Positions 29,505-40,515 of a DNA stretch of 64,000 bases are shown here, piece after piece. The translations under genes were made by a program, and so were the position numbers. The notes beneath the pieces were generated by a model, which was not told the origin of the DNA, searched no databases, and worked only from the letters and a program-made list of their open reading frames with translations. The stretch comes from an uncultured Geobacter sp. Its GTDB lineage: Bacteria; Desulfobacterota; Desulfuromonadia; Geobacterales; CAIOGM01. Location of the stretch: NCBI GenBank assembly GCA_903902855.1, contig CAIUWK010000056.1, forward strand, positions 2,309 to 66,308, given 5' to 3'. Position 1 is the stretch's first letter, and each line of letters begins with the position of its first letter.

Positions 29505-30644
29505 TTACCTTGGCGCGATCGTTCGCAGGGCGCGGAGAAAGAGGTCGATATCCGCCTCGGTGGAAGAAAATCCGGGACTGACCCGGATCGTGCCGTGGGG
29601 ATAGGTTCCCATGGTTCGATGGGCATCGGGCGCACAGTGCAGCCCCACCCGCACCGTGATGGCGAACTCCCGGTCAAGGCGAAACCCCACTTCCGACGGG
29701 TCCACTCCGGCCAGGGTCAACGAAATCACCCCCACTCGCCGTTCCGGAGCGCCGGGACCATGAACCGTCACCCCGGGAATAGTCCGAAGGCCGTCCAGGA
29801 GGAGAGAGGTGAGGAACTGCTCCTGCCGGCGGATCTCCTTCACACCGGTGGTCAGGAGCAGATCAACCCCGGCCGAGAGTCCGGCAATGCCGGGGGTATT
29901 GTGGGTGCCGCTCTCGTACCGCTCCGGAGAGGTGAGGGGCTGCTCCGGGTCCGACGAGGCGCCGCCGGTCCCACCCACCAGGAGCGGTTCCAACTCCAGG
30001 CCGGGAGCGATGGAGAGAAAACCACTCCCCGGGGGGCCCAATAGCCCCTTATGACCCGGCGCGGCCAGCAGGTCCACGGAGAGCTCCGCCGCATCCAGGG
30101 GGATATGTCCCGCGCTCTGGGCCGCGTCCAGGAGAAAGACGATGCCGCGACTCCGGGCCAGAAGACCGATCTCCGCCACCGGCTGGATGACGCCGGTCAC
30201 GTTGGAACAGTGGGAGAGGGCGATGAGCCGGGTCTCGGGGCGGAGCGCCGCTGCCACATCCCGGGGGTCGAGAAAGCCGTCACGGTGGCAGGGAACCTTG
30301 GTCACCGCAACCCCCTGCCGGGAGAGGCGGTGGAGCGGTCGCACCAGGGCGTTGTGCTCCATGGAGGAGGTGACCACATGATCCCCCGTCCGAAGGAGTC
30401 CGGTAACGGCCAGGTTCAGGGATTCGGTGGCGCTGTGGGTGAAGATCACCCGGGACGAATCGGAGAGATGAAACAGCGAGGCGATCCGTTCCCTGGCCTC
30501 GTAGACCATCCGGTTGGCAGCCAGGGCCTGGCCATGACTCCCCCTCCCTATCCCCACCCCCACGTGGGTAAGAAAAGAGGTCATGGCGGTGATGACCTCA
30601 GGGGGTTTGGGATAGGAGGTGGCGGCATTATCCAGATAAATCAT
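29505..30644 (-). CDS. Class V PLP aminotransferase / cysteine desulfurase family (SufS-like)
   Basis: YLDNAATSYPKP, DAAQ, PGHKGLLGP, RVGLHCAP. Confidence 0.88.
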   Translation of the reverse strand: MIYLDNAATSYPKPPEVITAMTSFLTHVGVGIGRGSHGQALAANRMVYEARERIASLFHLSDSSRVIFTHSATESLNLAVTGLLRTGDHVVTSSMEHNALVRPLHRLSRQGVAVTKVPCHRDGFLDPRDVAAALRPETRLIALSHCSNVTGVIQPVAEIGLLARSRGIVFLLDAAQSAGHIPLDAAELSVDLLAAPGHKGLLGPPGSGFLSIAPGLELEPLLVGGTGGASSDPEQPLTSPERYESGTHNTPGIAGLSAGVDLLLTTGVKEIRRQEQFLTSLLLDGLRTIPGVTVHGPGAPERRVGVISLTLAGVDPSEVGFRLDREFAITVRVGLHCAPDAHRTMGTYPHGTIRVSPGFSSTEADIDLFLRALRTIAPR

Positions 30645-30656
30645 GAGAGCACGGTA

Positions 30657-32015
30657 TCACGTTTCCGGAGAGATTGCCACGGGGTTTTCCTCCACTCGGC
30701 AGAGGACCCTCCCCCGGTGCAGAACCAGTTCCAGACGCTGGCCGGGAGCAAGATCCGCCCCATCGCGCACCACCCGACGCAAGGGGAAGGTTCGAACCAC
30801 GGCATACCCTCGTCCCAGGGTCTCCAGGGGGGAAAGGGCATGAAGTCGGGCCGAGAGGACCGCCGTCTCTTCGTGACAGCCGTCCAGAAACCGCCGTCCC
30901 CCCTTTTCCAGACGGGCGGAGAGGGTGATGATCCGCTCCCGCCCCCGTTCCACCTGCAGGGCGGGATTGACCACGCGGAGGTGGCGGATCAGGGCGACCA
31001 GCCGATCCCGACGGCGCCCCAGGCTCCCGGAGAGGGCCAGCCGGAGCCGCGCCGCCTGGTCGTCCAGCCGTTGGGCCAGATGCCCCAGGAGAAAGGTCGG
31101 GTCCCGCAGGGCGTGACTCAGCCGCTCCAGTTCCGACCGGTTGCGTCGGAGGAGCTGCTCAATCTCCCGCTGCAGGCGACGGCTCAGTGCCTCTACCAGG
31201 TTCTCCAGCTCCAGCTTGCTCTTCACCACCAGTTCGGCGGCGGCGGAAGGGGTGGCGGCCCGCAGATCGGCGACGAAATCGGCGATGGTCACGTCCACCT
31301 CATGCCCCACCGCCGAGATGACCGGAATCCGAGAGCGGGCAATGGCCCGGGCCACGCTCTCCTCGTTGAAGGCCCAGAGATCCTCCAGGGAGCCCCCTCC
31401 CCGACCGACAATCATGACATCCACGGCGCCGTAGCGGTTGAGGTCGTCGATGGCGGCGGCGATCTCCGCTGCGGCGCCATCCCCCTGGACCCGCACCGGG
31501 GCGATGAGGATCCGGACGTTGGCAAAGCGCCGGTTCACCACGGTGAGGATGTCATGGATAGCCGCGCCGGTGGGGGAGGTGACCACGCCGATCCGCTGGG
31601 GCAAGAGCGGCAGCGGCTTCTTCCGGGAGTCGTCAAAGAGCCCTTCCTTGGACAACCGCTCCTTCAACTGCTGGAAGGCGAGTTGGAGCGCCCCCACCCC
31701 CTGGGGCTCGGCATATTCGGCGATGAGCTGATAATCCCCCCGCTGCTCGTAGACGGTGATCCTCCCCCGCAGGATCAGCGCCATCCCCTCCTTGGGGCGA
31801 AACCGGAGATTTTTGGCGGCCCCCTTGAACATGACGCAACGGAGCTGTGCCCCGCCATCCTTCAAGGTGAAGTAGAGATGCCCGGAAGAGGGGGTGGAGA
31901 GGTTGGAGATCTCCCCCTCCACCCAAATCAGCTCGAAGTTCTCTTCCAGAGTCGACCGAATCAGAGCCGTCAGCCGGCTCACCGTCAGAATCCGCTTGTC
32001 GCTGAAGATATCCAT
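30657..32015 (-). CDS. xseA: Exodeoxyribonuclease VII large subunit
   Basis: [37 protein letters not shown]. Confidence 0.95.
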   Translation of the reverse strand: MDIFSDKRILTVSRLTALIRSTLEENFELIWVEGEISNLSTPSSGHLYFTLKDGGAQLRCVMFKGAAKNLRFRPKEGMALILRGRITVYEQRGDYQLIAEYAEPQGVGALQLAFQQLKERLSKEGLFDDSRKKPLPLLPQRIGVVTSPTGAAIHDILTVVNRRFANVRILIAPVRVQGDGAAAEIAAAIDDLNRYGAVDVMIVGRGGGSLEDLWAFNEESVARAIARSRIPVISAVGHEVDVTIADFVADLRAATPSAAAELVVKSKLELENLVEALSRRLQREIEQLLRRNRSELERLSHALRDPTFLLGHLAQRLDDQAARLRLALSGSLGRRRDRLVALIRHLRVVNPALQVERGRERIITLSARLEKGGRRFLDGCHEETAVLSARLHALSPLETLGRGYAVVRTFPLRRVVRDGADLAPGQRLELVLHRGRVLCRVEENPVAISPET

Positions 32016-32092
32016 AACGACTCTTTTCCTTTGCGTCCTTGGCCTCTTTGGGGTAAAGAGGTTTCACCATGCAAAATCAGAGGAGGAACTCT

Positions 32093-32857
32093 ATGAAAGG
32101 GACCGTTTTTATCACCGGGGCATCATCGGGGTTCGGTCGGGCCTGCGCCCGCCGCTATGGCCGGGAGGGGTGGCAACTGATCCTGGCGGCACGCCGCAAA
32201 GAGTCGCTGGAGGAGCTTCAGGCCGAAATCGGCGAAGAGTCCGTCCTGATCCTTCCCCTGGATGTCCGGGACCGTGCCGCCGTCATTGCCGCCGTAGCCT
32301 CCCTCCCCCAACCGTTCAAAAAGGTGGAGATCCTGGTGGCCAGCGCCGGCCTGGCCCAGGGGCTGGAACCGGCCCAGCGGGCCGACCTGGATGACTGGGA
32401 GACGATGGTGGACACCAACATCAAGGGACTCATGTACACCGTTCACGCCCTGCTGCCGGGGATGGTCAGCCGTAACCGGGGGCACATCATCACCATGGGC
32501 TCCACGGCGGGAAACTGGCCCTACCCCGGCGGCAACTGTTACGGCGGCACCAAGGCCTTCGTGAAAAAGTTCGCCGAGAATCTCCGGGCCGATCTCCTGG
32601 GAACCAGGGTCCGGGTGACCAACATCGAACCGGGGATGGCGGAGACCGAATTCTCTCTGGTACGATTCAAGGGGGACCCGGAGCGGAGCGCCAGGGTCTA
32701 TGAGGGGACCCAGCCGCTCACCGCGCCGGATATCGCCGACATCGTCTGGTGGACGACATCTCTTCCCGGCCATGTGAATGTGAACAGCATGGAGGTCATG
32801 TCCATCGATCAGGCATGGGGTCCCTACGCCATCCACCGGGAGGCAAAGGGGGATTAG
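32093..32857 (+). CDS. SDR oxidoreductase, YdfG-like NADP-dependent 3-hydroxy acid dehydrogenase
   Basis: TGASSGFG, YGGTK, IEPGMAETEFSLVRF. Confidence 0.88.
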   Translation: MKGTVFITGASSGFGRACARRYGREGWQLILAARRKESLEELQAEIGEESVLILPLDVRDRAAVIAAVASLPQPFKKVEILVASAGLAQGLEPAQRADLDDWETMVDTNIKGLMYTVHALLPGMVSRNRGHIITMGSTAGNWPYPGGNCYGGTKAFVKKFAENLRADLLGTRVRVTNIEPGMAETEFSLVRFKGDPERSARVYEGTQPLTAPDIADIVWWTTSLPGHVNVNSMEVMSIDQAWGPYAIHREAKGD

Positions 32858-32880
32858 AAAGCGGTACACAGATTTTCAGT

Positions 32881-34062
32881 TCAGATATCCAGCCGGAGCT
32901 CCGCTCCCCAGGGGGCGGAGCGTTTCCCCTCCCGCGTCAAAACCCAGAGGGTGGGGAACTCCATCCGCTCCGGCGCGGGACCGAAACCGTCGGTGAGATA
33001 GATGATCGCGGCGGGAGGAGGGGTCATCTTTCCGGCGTAAGCGAAAACCGGTCGGAGATCGGTGAAGCCGCCGCCATGATAGCTCTCCAGAACCTGAGGC
33101 TCTCCGGTAAACCGCTGAATCTTCCTGATCCCGGTGTCGGCATAGAGCACCGTAATCCGCGCCTCCCGTCCTTGAGCGATCCGGAGGAGTTCCCGGGCAA
33201 AGCGCTCCCGGAGTTCCGGCTGGTCGGTGGAGTCACTGGCGTCCACCCCCACCAGAAGATTGAGCCGCCGCTCTTTTCTGATGCCGGGGGTATCATGACC
33301 GAAACGGCGATGGTCCCGCATCCAGGTAGTGGTACGTCCCACCCGACCAGCCGTGGCCACGAACTGACGCAGCAGCTGTTGCCAGGAGATTGGTGACGGT
33401 GCCAGCAGAGTCCGGATGAGAGCCCTCATATCGGCGGGGAGTTCGCCGCCGCTGCTCTGCCACGCCTCCAGGACCATCCTCCGGACCACCTCTTGGGCCA
33501 GCGGCAGCGGCGTGCTGTCGGCCTCGCTCCAGGAGCGATGATTATCCAGGGTATCCCCCCCCTGGGGCTCTACTCCCTTTTCCCGCTGCTCCCCCTCCCC
33601 CTGCGCCCCATGAATATCCCGGTCGTTGTCACCGTACCCCTTCCCTTCCAGGTTGCCGCTGTCGAAGCGTCGGGAGAGATCCTCGTAATACTCCTCGGCA
33701 GCCAGACCATCGGGGAGACCGAACTGTCGGGGGAGGAGCGCCGAAGGGGGGAGGTCGGCAATGGTGAGGTTGATGCTGCAGTCGCAGGCCACGTCCCAAC
33801 TCCGCTCCGTCCGTCCCTTGCGCCGGGCCATATGGAGGTGGATCAGGTGTTTGATGAGATGTTCCAGGAGCGCCTGCCGCTCCTCATGAACCAGGGTCGC
33901 CAGGGCATCCTCGTTACAGGAGATAACCGGTATCCCGCCCCGCAGGGTGATCCCCAGGGGATACGGTCCCGGATCAGGCTCCTTGCGGCACCCCAGGAGG
34001 AAGTGGCCGTAAAAGGGGAAGTCCCGGAGCATCCGGACAATGGCGTCTTCCAGAAGTCGCAC
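32881..34062 (-). CDS. DUF2201-type metallopeptidase-like plus VWA-like domain protein
   Basis: WDVACDCSIN, AAEEYY, LDNH, VDASDS MIDAS-like motif, GGGFTDL, YLTDG. Confidence 0.75.
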   Translation of the reverse strand: MRLLEDAIVRMLRDFPFYGHFLLGCRKEPDPGPYPLGITLRGGIPVISCNEDALATLVHEERQALLEHLIKHLIHLHMARRKGRTERSWDVACDCSINLTIADLPPSALLPRQFGLPDGLAAEEYYEDLSRRFDSGNLEGKGYGDNDRDIHGAQGEGEQREKGVEPQGGDTLDNHRSWSEADSTPLPLAQEVVRRMVLEAWQSSGGELPADMRALIRTLLAPSPISWQQLLRQFVATAGRVGRTTTWMRDHRRFGHDTPGIRKERRLNLLVGVDASDSTDQPELRERFARELLRIAQGREARITVLYADTGIRKIQRFTGEPQVLESYHGGGFTDLRPVFAYAGKMTPPPAAIIYLTDGFGPAPERMEFPTLWVLTREGKRSAPWGAELRLDI

Positions 34063-35732
34063 TAATACTTGTAGCTCATGGTGACCGTCGCCACCTGATT
34101 CGTCTGCTTGACGCCGCTCACCAGGTTCCAGTTCCGGATATTCTCCCTCCCGTACCCCAAGATGGCGTCGATCTCGCGGTAGAGCGGCAGGGTCCAGTAC
34201 CCCCTCACGGCATTCTTGATCTCCACCGCCTGACCATCGATCCTCCCCTGTCGCCCCCGATCGGTATAGATATACTCCAAGGCCACGTTGTTACGGGGGG
34301 TGAACCAGTGGGAGTAACGCACCAGGAGATCCTGGGTCCCCCCCCCTTGGGAGTGCCCCGGAGTCATGCCGTAGTAGGTATAACCGTTGGGGAATTTGTA
34401 ATCGGTGTAGAGGTCCTGGTGGCCAAAGAAATACTCCAGCCGCAGGTCGTCGCGCCCCGAGGAGCTCAGCCTGGGGATGTAGACACCGGCGATATAGCTC
34501 TCCACGAAGGGCCAGAAGGAGGCGGCGTCCTCACCCGCATACTCGCCGTACAGCTCGGTATTACGCAGCCAGGGGATTCGAAACCGGAGATCGACCCCGG
34601 CGATGGTGTTGCTCTTGTTGGAGGAACCGCCGCCGAAGACGAGGTCAGACGTCGACGTGCTGCCGGAAAAGCCGGGTCCCCCCTGCTGGCGGACAAAGTT
34701 GATCCCGATCTCCCACCAGGATGCCGGCTTCAGCGCCAGCTTGATTCCGATGAAGTAGGGTTGCCGGACCACTGTCTTGGTGGTGCCGGTCACCGGCGGG
34801 TCGATCCCGGTGAAGGTCGTCTCGTTGAAGCGGGAGAAGATCAGAGAGTATTTGAAGAGCCCCAGATACCTCTTGACCCAGGCCACGTCCAGCGGCTCCG
34901 GGCTGGATAGTTTGATCAGGTCGAAGTTTTGGGCGTTGTTGGTAAGGGTAAGCGCCCCCCGGTAGCCGGGACCGAACCAGTTGGCATCGCGCCCCACCTC
35001 CAGTTCAACGCCTCCCCCCCCCAGTTTGAGATACCCCTTCTGAAGATTCATCGTGGTGGAGCCGGGAGTGGCCACCAGGTTGGGTTCGAAGAGGAGCGAC
35101 AGCTTGTCACTGACGAAGAGCTCCGAGCTCCAGTTGAGATAACCGTTACTCCCCCGACGGTAGACCACCCCTTCGCTGTTCTCCATGAGCGGGGTTCCCT
35201 CGGAGCCGCTCCCCCGGAGATAGGGGGAAAATTCCGGGCGGAGATCTCCACCGATGACGCCGAAGGCGGACTGATGCCCCGGATCACGGACAATCCGGTC
35301 ATAGGAGCGGGGCTCGCCGTTGAGATAGACGTAGCGGAGATTCGCCGATGAGAGGAGGTTATAGCCGAAGAGGGGAATCTCCGACGGCTCTTCCCGAGCC
35401 TTCACCTCCCGGGGGATGAGTTCCTTGACCCGCCTGATGAGGGCCGCGGTAAAATCGGAGCTGTCGTCATCGCTCTCTTTGAGATTCCGTTCAGCCTCCG
35501 CCACCAGACGCTCCACCTCGGCCTTGGCGTAGGGACGGATCCCCTTCACCTCGGAGCGGATTACCCCCAGACCGGCCAGGAGATCCAGATATTGGTAGAC
35601 CGGGCTGGAAAGGGGGACGTTATTGGAGGCCAGCGCCCAGACCTGACCGGAACTGAGAGCCAGGAGTGCAGCGCAGAAGATCGTCCTGATGAGAGTAAAC
35701 CGTAGTTGTCCGGCAATTTGAGAAAAAAGCAT
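34062..35732 (-). CDS. wzi: Capsule assembly Wzi-family outer membrane protein
   Basis: Signal peptide; GRDANWFGPG..GALTLTNNA; LYGEYAGED; terminal aromatic residue. Confidence 0.75.
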   Translation of the reverse strand: MLFSQIAGQLRFTLIRTIFCAALLALSSGQVWALASNNVPLSSPVYQYLDLLAGLGVIRSEVKGIRPYAKAEVERLVAEAERNLKESDDDSSDFTAALIRRVKELIPREVKAREEPSEIPLFGYNLLSSANLRYVYLNGEPRSYDRIVRDPGHQSAFGVIGGDLRPEFSPYLRGSGSEGTPLMENSEGVVYRRGSNGYLNWSSELFVSDKLSLLFEPNLVATPGSTTMNLQKGYLKLGGGGVELEVGRDANWFGPGYRGALTLTNNAQNFDLIKLSSPEPLDVAWVKRYLGLFKYSLIFSRFNETTFTGIDPPVTGTTKTVVRQPYFIGIKLALKPASWWEIGINFVRQQGGPGFSGSTSTSDLVFGGGSSNKSNTIAGVDLRFRIPWLRNTELYGEYAGEDAASFWPFVESYIAGVYIPRLSSSGRDDLRLEYFFGHQDLYTDYKFPNGYTYYGMTPGHSQGGGTQDLLVRYSHWFTPRNNVALEYIYTDRGRQGRIDGQAVEIKNAVRGYWTLPLYREIDAILGYGRENIRNWNLVSGVKQTNQVATVTMSYKY

Positions 35733-35743
35733 CAGTCACCTCA

Positions 35744-37297
35744 TCATATACGAAAAAAATCGCTTATTCTTCTGCGCAGGCTCTCCCTGCTCACCAATCC
35801 GGTGAGGAGCAGGAGCAGCAGGTAGAGCAGACAGGCAGGCAGGAGCAACGCCCCATAGGAAAATATGGCTCCCCACCGATCCGTGGGGATAGAAACCATG
35901 GAGGATACAGCTCTTACCATACCTGTAATCAGCATGGCAACCGAATAAACGTAGAGTGCATTTCTCATGACCGACACCGGCATCGGCATCTCCCGGTGGA
36001 ACAGCCTTGTGAACAGAACCCCGCCGACCAGGGCGGTTCCCGCCGAAGCATAGACCGTTCCCAGAGGCCCCACCAAGGGAACCAGGAGCAGCGTGCCGAC
36101 CAGATTGAGGACGAGAGTGACCAGCAGATAGGTCGTTTCGATACCGATCCTCCCAATCCCGCGGCAGAGGGCCAAGGGGGGACCGGTCAGGAGGACCGAA
36201 GCGGAATTGGCCAACACCAGCAGGTAAAGGATCGATGCGACTTCCGGAGGAGCTACCCCCAGCCAGATCACCAGCAACCGTTCATACCCCCCCACCACCA
36301 GGAGCAACATCATTCCGGTGCAGATCGCCACGCTGGTCATCACCTTGAGGTAGAGTCGCCGCACCTCCTCCCACTCCTGTCGGGCCGCAAGCGCCCCCAC
36401 GGCAGTCAATAAATGCGGATAAAAGAAACGGTGGAAATCGAGGAGGAGCGCCGCCAGACGGGTGGCTATGGCATAATACCCTACCCAGAGCGGCGTGGCC
36501 CACGCCGCCAGGATCAGCTTGTCGAACTGCTCCCGCATGGCGGTGGCGACACCGCTGAGGGTCATGAATCCCATATAGCGATAGACGAGTCTGATCTCCG
36601 TCAAATGGGGGATGAGGGGGAAAAAGTGCAGTGTCGGGTAGAGCCGGCGAAGAAGGCGGAGCAGCAGGAAGGCACAGATGAGACTTCCCACCCCCTGCCC
36701 GACGACCATGCTCCTGAGTCCGTGACCGGCCAAGAGCCCGATACAGGCCGTGACGTACTGGAACAGACGGGCGATGGTCTGGATGACCAGTGTCCGCCCC
36801 ATCTCCTGGGAGGCCCCGGCCAAGGCCGCCAGAATCTCGTTCCCCCCCCCCACGGCAATCAACGCCACATAGACGGGGAGGATCAGGGAAATCTCCGCCT
36901 GAACGACAGAGGAGGCATGAAACAGAGGGAGGAGTGCCTCCCGGGCCAGCCAGGCGACGGGGATGGCCACCAGGGCGACGACACCGATGTACATCATACC
37001 GGTCCCCACTCCCCGCTGCAGGGTCACGAGATCCCCCCGACCGTAGGCGTGGGACATCCACCAGAGAAGGGTGCCGCTCATGACACTCTGCATGAGGTAA
37101 AGGATTCCCGTCAGGGAGACGATGGTCTCCCACATCCCATATCCGGCGATTCCCACGCTGCTGATCATGAACGGGACCAGAAAGAGGGACGTTCCCATGG
37201 AGAATATACGGCAAGCCAGGCCGATGGCACTATTTTTGAAAAGCCGCGGCGCAACGGCGCGGAGTTCCCCCCCCCCTTCCGATACCCTGTCGGTCAC
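35744..37297 (-). CDS. Wzx-type oligosaccharide flippase
   Basis: About 13 TMs; GIAGYGMW; DKLIL...VGYYAIA. Confidence 0.75.
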   Translation of the reverse strand: MTDRVSEGGGELRAVAPRLFKNSAIGLACRIFSMGTSLFLVPFMISSVGIAGYGMWETIVSLTGILYLMQSVMSGTLLWWMSHAYGRGDLVTLQRGVGTGMMYIGVVALVAIPVAWLAREALLPLFHASSVVQAEISLILPVYVALIAVGGGNEILAALAGASQEMGRTLVIQTIARLFQYVTACIGLLAGHGLRSMVVGQGVGSLICAFLLLRLLRRLYPTLHFFPLIPHLTEIRLVYRYMGFMTLSGVATAMREQFDKLILAAWATPLWVGYYAIATRLAALLLDFHRFFYPHLLTAVGALAARQEWEEVRRLYLKVMTSVAICTGMMLLLVVGGYERLLVIWLGVAPPEVASILYLLVLANSASVLLTGPPLALCRGIGRIGIETTYLLVTLVLNLVGTLLLVPLVGPLGTVYASAGTALVGGVLFTRLFHREMPMPVSVMRNALYVYSVAMLITGMVRAVSSMVSIPTDRWGAIFSYGALLLPACLLYLLLLLLTGLVSRESLRRRISDFFRI

Positions 37298-38169
37298 CGA
37301 GACGTCCCCTCGGAAGCGCCCGTTGTTCCCCGGATGGCGGAGATGAACAGATCCTGAAAAGTACCCGGCGCCGCGTAGTCGGCTTGAAGGGAGTAGACAA
37401 AACCATTATTTTCCAGGAGAGTCAGAAAGTCCCCCAGTCGGGAAGGGACCGAACCGATGCCGTGATGGTACTCCAGGAGCAGACGGTGGATATCGGTCAT
37501 CCTCCCGCTGGCGGCCAGTTCAGCTACCACCATCCCTTCGGCCCCCTCGATGTCCATCTTCACAAGATCAAGAGTCCCCGGTGGCACCGCGGTGGAGAGT
37601 TTCAGACAGGGGACCATACTTCGGTTACGCGGCAACCGCTCCTGATGGACGCTCATGATCAACAGTTCCGGCGCCGCTTCATCGTAGTAAAAGGGGAGCG
37701 TGCCGTCCCGATCAGCCAGGGCGGCATTGAACAGTGTCACATTTTCCAGCCTGTTACGCGACACATTCCGCTGCAGCAATTGAAATGCCCGGGGGTCCGG
37801 TTCAAAGGCCCAGATCCGGCTCCCGGGATGGCGGTGCGAGAAGTATAGGGTAGCCATGCCGATATTGGCGCCGGCGTCGACAATACGCGGCTGCTCCGCC
37901 GGAAGCGAGAGGTCATAGACACCGGCCATGAAGATGTCTCTGAAGAGCATGAGGAGCGTGGCATAACTGAACGATTCCACGTCATACCCCAGAAACCTGA
38001 ACCTGACGGTGCCGGCGGGAGAACGCCGTTCCAGGGTTACATGCAACTCCAGGCGCAGCAGGGCAGAGAGGAGAGGGGGTAAGGTTCTCAGGGGTATGTC
38101 GGCTCTGAGCGCCATCCGGAAGAGCAACCGAAGCGAGCCCAGAAAACTTCTCATGCGGGAGATGACCAT
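37294..38169 (-). CDS. FkbM family methyltransferase
   Basis: VDAGANIG, AFEPDP, VKMDIEGAE. Confidence 0.85.
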   Translation of the reverse strand: MVISRMRSFLGSLRLLFRMALRADIPLRTLPPLLSALLRLELHVTLERRSPAGTVRFRFLGYDVESFSYATLLMLFRDIFMAGVYDLSLPAEQPRIVDAGANIGMATLYFSHRHPGSRIWAFEPDPRAFQLLQRNVSRNRLENVTLFNAALADRDGTLPFYYDEAAPELLIMSVHQERLPRNRSMVPCLKLSTAVPPGTLDLVKMDIEGAEGMVVAELAASGRMTDIHRLLLEYHHGIGSVPSRLGDFLTLLENNGFVYSLQADYAAPGTFQDLFISAIRGTTGASEGTSR

Positions 38170-38205
38170 AGCTGTTTCTTTGGGATTCCATCTATGCCAT
38201 CAGCA

Positions 38206-39705
38206 TCAGAGCCGAGGCAAGAGAGCATGTTGAGCGTTCACAACGGTATCGAAATAAACGGTATACGGTCCGTAAGGGCGCCTGAACCTCCGCTCATCAC
38301 CCCGGCGTTGCAGCAGACCACCTTTGAACCACGCATCAGAGGGATTTATGAGCCACATGCTCTGCTTCTTCTGGGAGAAAAAAGAGGTTGAGCTGAACTC
38401 CTCCCCCATGGGTGAAAATGCGTTAACGGAAGCGCTTTCTGCAACCCCCTTTTCTCGATAGAGGTACTGTTTATGATCGGGAAAGTAGTAACTGTATATC
38501 CCGAATGTTGCAAAATTAGTGTGAACGAATATGTCATCAGCGGCAATCTGCTTGGCTACCCAGCGGATGGCGGCGGTGTTGTCGTCTCTATAGGCCCGCG
38601 TGAAGATGAGGTAATTGCAGCTGATTGATGTCGCCACCAGGCAGACGATACAGAACAGTTTCTGTTTAGTCGAATTATTTTTACTAAGGGCATGTGACAG
38701 GAATATAAAAAAGAGCCCTGAGACAGGGATGAGGTACCGGTGAATGATGACGGGACGAATCAGATACGAAACCAGAACCCCGGTTACGATGGGGAGCAGA
38801 TAGACAAACAGGTAGAGAGCGGATGGCTTGAGTGACGGTTTTTCATGATACAGTGCGACAACGTAGGGAATAAGTGCCAGGAAGAGGGTCATCAGCAGAG
38901 GAAACGTATACACCCAATCGATGGTTCCTCTGAGGGGAAACAGGGCGAAGCCTCCCAGCAGACTCTTCATCGTGGGAAGTTGAATCCAGAAATTATGAGA
39001 TACCGCCGACATCTGACCGAAGAGGTTGTTCACCCAGGGGAGGTACGCCACGATCAGACAAAGGAGCGAAATGAAATATCTATCCACTCCTTTCTGTTTT
39101 TTCATCACCATGAAACCGAGCAGATAAAGGTAGAGGTACCCTATCCCCAGGAGCGCATAATAATGGGTGTAGGCACCGGCTATGCCGTAGAGAGTAAACT
39201 TGACCCATTCCCCCCTCCCCCCCCCTTCCAGCAGTGAATGTGCCGAGAGTGCGCAACCGGTCACAAAGAACATTGCCCATGAATACATCCGAATATCCAT
39301 GGCGGTAGAAATCATGACCGGCGCAAAAATAACAAAGAGGCAAAACAGTTGGCTTGTCGGGCGGTCAAACAACCTCCGAACAGGCAAGATCCCCAGGAAT
39401 AAGAGACTCAGGACCCCCAGAGCAGAGAATAGTCTCAGGACAAACAGTTTACTCCCGAAGATCAGGGTTACGGCTTTCAGCATGAGGTAATAAAGGGGAG
39501 GATTTGCGTCGGACGTTGCGGTGATATGCCATATCTCTCCAAAAGAGTGCCGAATCATGGCAGTGGAACAGGACTCATCATACCATACGCTGTCATGAAA
39601 GGCATTGAGCGTGAGAAAAACGACGCCAAGCGCAAACAGCAGGAGATATATGACGTTACTCCGCGCACACTCCCGGAGATTAATACGTTGCGAATAATAG
39701 TTCAT
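38206..39705 (-). CDS. GT-C (family 39/PMT-like) membrane glycosyltransferase
   Basis: SVWYDE, DANPPLYY, RMYS, YTHYY, multiple TMs; lower GC than flanks. Confidence 0.78.
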   Translation of the reverse strand: MNYYSQRINLRECARSNVIYLLLFALGVVFLTLNAFHDSVWYDESCSTAMIRHSFGEIWHITATSDANPPLYYLMLKAVTLIFGSKLFVLRLFSALGVLSLLFLGILPVRRLFDRPTSQLFCLFVIFAPVMISTAMDIRMYSWAMFFVTGCALSAHSLLEGGGRGEWVKFTLYGIAGAYTHYYALLGIGYLYLYLLGFMVMKKQKGVDRYFISLLCLIVAYLPWVNNLFGQMSAVSHNFWIQLPTMKSLLGGFALFPLRGTIDWVYTFPLLMTLFLALIPYVVALYHEKPSLKPSALYLFVYLLPIVTGVLVSYLIRPVIIHRYLIPVSGLFFIFLSHALSKNNSTKQKLFCIVCLVATSISCNYLIFTRAYRDDNTAAIRWVAKQIAADDIFVHTNFATFGIYSYYFPDHKQYLYREKGVAESASVNAFSPMGEEFSSTSFFSQKKQSMWLINPSDAWFKGGLLQRRGDERRFRRPYGPYTVYFDTVVNAQHALLPRL

Positions 39706-39715
39706 CAGAGAGATC

Positions 39716-40465
39716 TCAGGCAACCGGAGGGGCAAAGGTGATGGTAAAGGTTGTCCCCGCTCCCGGCAGGCTCCGGACGGAGAGGGAACCGTCCATCTCT
39801 TTCACCAGATTCCGTGAGACGAAGAGGCCGAGACCGGTCCCCTCCCCTTCTTTCTTGGTCGTGTAAAAAGGGTCGAAGATCCGGGAGATACTTTCCGGAG
39901 GTATTCCGGGACCAGTGTCGCTGATCCGAATTTCAGTGCATCCGTCGGGGGCCAGAGAACAGGAGACGCTTAACTTCCCCCCCCGGGACATGGCCTGCAC
40001 GGCGTTCATGGTCAGATTTAAAATCACCTGTTTGAGACGGTTCTCCCCCCCCGGCAACATGGGGAGATGATCATCATACCGCTCCTCCACCTCTATGGAC
40101 CGCTTCCCGATCTCGTAGCGGAGAAAGGTTACAACCTCGTGGATCGTCCGGCAGATATCCATCTCGCCGGAAGATTCGTCATCCCGACGGGCAAAGGTGA
40201 GGATACCACGGGTCATGCGGGAGAGACGCTGGGCTTCACTATGAATCCGCTCCACCATCTCCAGGGCCGCCTCGGGCACCCCCTCTTCCTGCATGACCAG
40301 TTGCGCTGCGGAGATGATGACGGACAACGGGGTATTTACCTCATGAATGATCCCGGCGGAAATTCGTCCCAACTCAGCCATCTTTTCGTTGAACGCCAAA
40401 AGATCGAGAAACGTCTTGTCCGGAAGATCCATATTCAAGGTGGCGGCAAGGGTGCTGTTTTTCAT
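39716..40465 (-). CDS. gnfK: Sensor-less histidine kinase downstream of amtB (GnfK-like)
   Basis: HEVNTPL H-box, N box, DTGPG, FDPFYTTK, GTGLGL; no input domain; position and sigma54 promoter match the Geobacter gnfK arrangement. Confidence 0.7.
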   Translation of the reverse strand: MKNSTLAATLNMDLPDKTFLDLLAFNEKMAELGRISAGIIHEVNTPLSVIISAAQLVMQEEGVPEAALEMVERIHSEAQRLSRMTRGILTFARRDDESSGEMDICRTIHEVVTFLRYEIGKRSIEVEERYDDHLPMLPGGENRLKQVILNLTMNAVQAMSRGGKLSVSCSLAPDGCTEIRISDTGPGIPPESISRIFDPFYTTKKEGEGTGLGLFVSRNLVKEMDGSLSVRSLPGAGTTFTITFAPPVA

Positions 40466-40515
40466 GGCAGGCCCGGGATTATCGGCTCAGGGAATACGGC
40501 TAACAGGAGATGACA

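Noticed and set aside
30051..32096. 681-aa plus-strand ORF and similar long antisense ORFs (7053-8339, 10120-11292, 20125-21324, 22521-24011, 27864-29153)
   Set aside because: Shadows of well-supported genes on the opposite strand in high-GC DNA; no recognisable motifs
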